Shown piece by piece: positions 63,680 through 64,000 of a DNA stretch of 64,000 bases. The translations under genes were made by a program, and so were the position numbers. The stretch is from Basidiobolus meristosporus CBS 931.73 (Eukaryota > Fungi > Basidiobolomycota), in contig MCFE01000401.1 of the NCBI GenBank assembly GCA_002104905.1, positions 17,304 through 81,303 on the forward strand. The letters run 5' to 3'. Numbering within the stretch: the first letter of the stretch is position 1; each line of letters begins with the position of its first letter. The notes beneath the pieces are model-generated. The model saw only the letters and a program-made list of their open reading frames with translations, was not told the DNA's origin and did no database searches.

Positions 63680-64000
63680 ATGGCTTTGGTAGCCGCTGTC
63701 ATAGTTGTAAGATTCAGTGTACGATGGCCCAGTCTTGTAGGCTGTGCGAGCACCGAAATTGCTCTTGTATCCAGTATGGCTACCTTTGAAGTACTTCTTC
63801 CAGTCATCTTGAGGCTTTATGATGGTCGCGATATTTACCGGTAACCTGCTTCAGCGATGGCGAGGCCATAACCCTGCTTGACACCAACCTCATATCCCGT
63901 CTTCTCACCTAATTCAAAGCCTTGTTTGAAACCTGCGTCTCACCCTTTCTCTCGGCAGCTTTCTCAGCCTTCTCATATCCGTTCCAGTATCCCTTGTCGA
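63680..64000 (-). pseudogene. 3' part of a frameshifted ORF with GxxxG repeats (Yae1/FliH-like repeat), cut by the window edge
   Basis: DKGYWNGYEK...then, after a 1-nt shift, AGFKQGFELGEKTGYEVGVKQGY; a further frame gives PQDDWKKYFKG...YQSHLS stop. Confidence 0.4.

Overview
Eukaryotic, fungal-type DNA (short GT-AG introns, a Ptc2/Ptc3-type PP2C); I cannot fix the lineage from the sequence. Positions 1 to ~57,040 are a nested, strongly CpG-depleted transposon block built almost entirely from seven families: two Ty1/copia families (both with the half-tRNA-iMet primer site GGTTATGAGCCC), two Ty3/gypsy families (one young full-length copy with a tRNA-Lys primer site and GC-rich 4-bp target duplications), a CACTA/EnSpm-type element with CCC...GGG ends and a divergent accessory gene, a DDE_Tnp_4 (PIF/Harbinger/IS5-like) two-gene element that inserts at TA, and a 732-bp fold-back element sharing that element's termini. 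TSDs and empty-site paralogues inside the window let most boundaries and the insertion order be read directly. From ~57,115 the DNA is CpG-rich and genic: a 6-exon PDK/BCKDK-family gene whose catalytic residues are replaced (candidate pseudokinase), a 7-exon PP2C gene and a frameshifted GxxxG-repeat ORF fragment. All alignments and counts were done by eye. Family labels (Copia-1/2, Gypsy-B/C, D, E, F) are mine.
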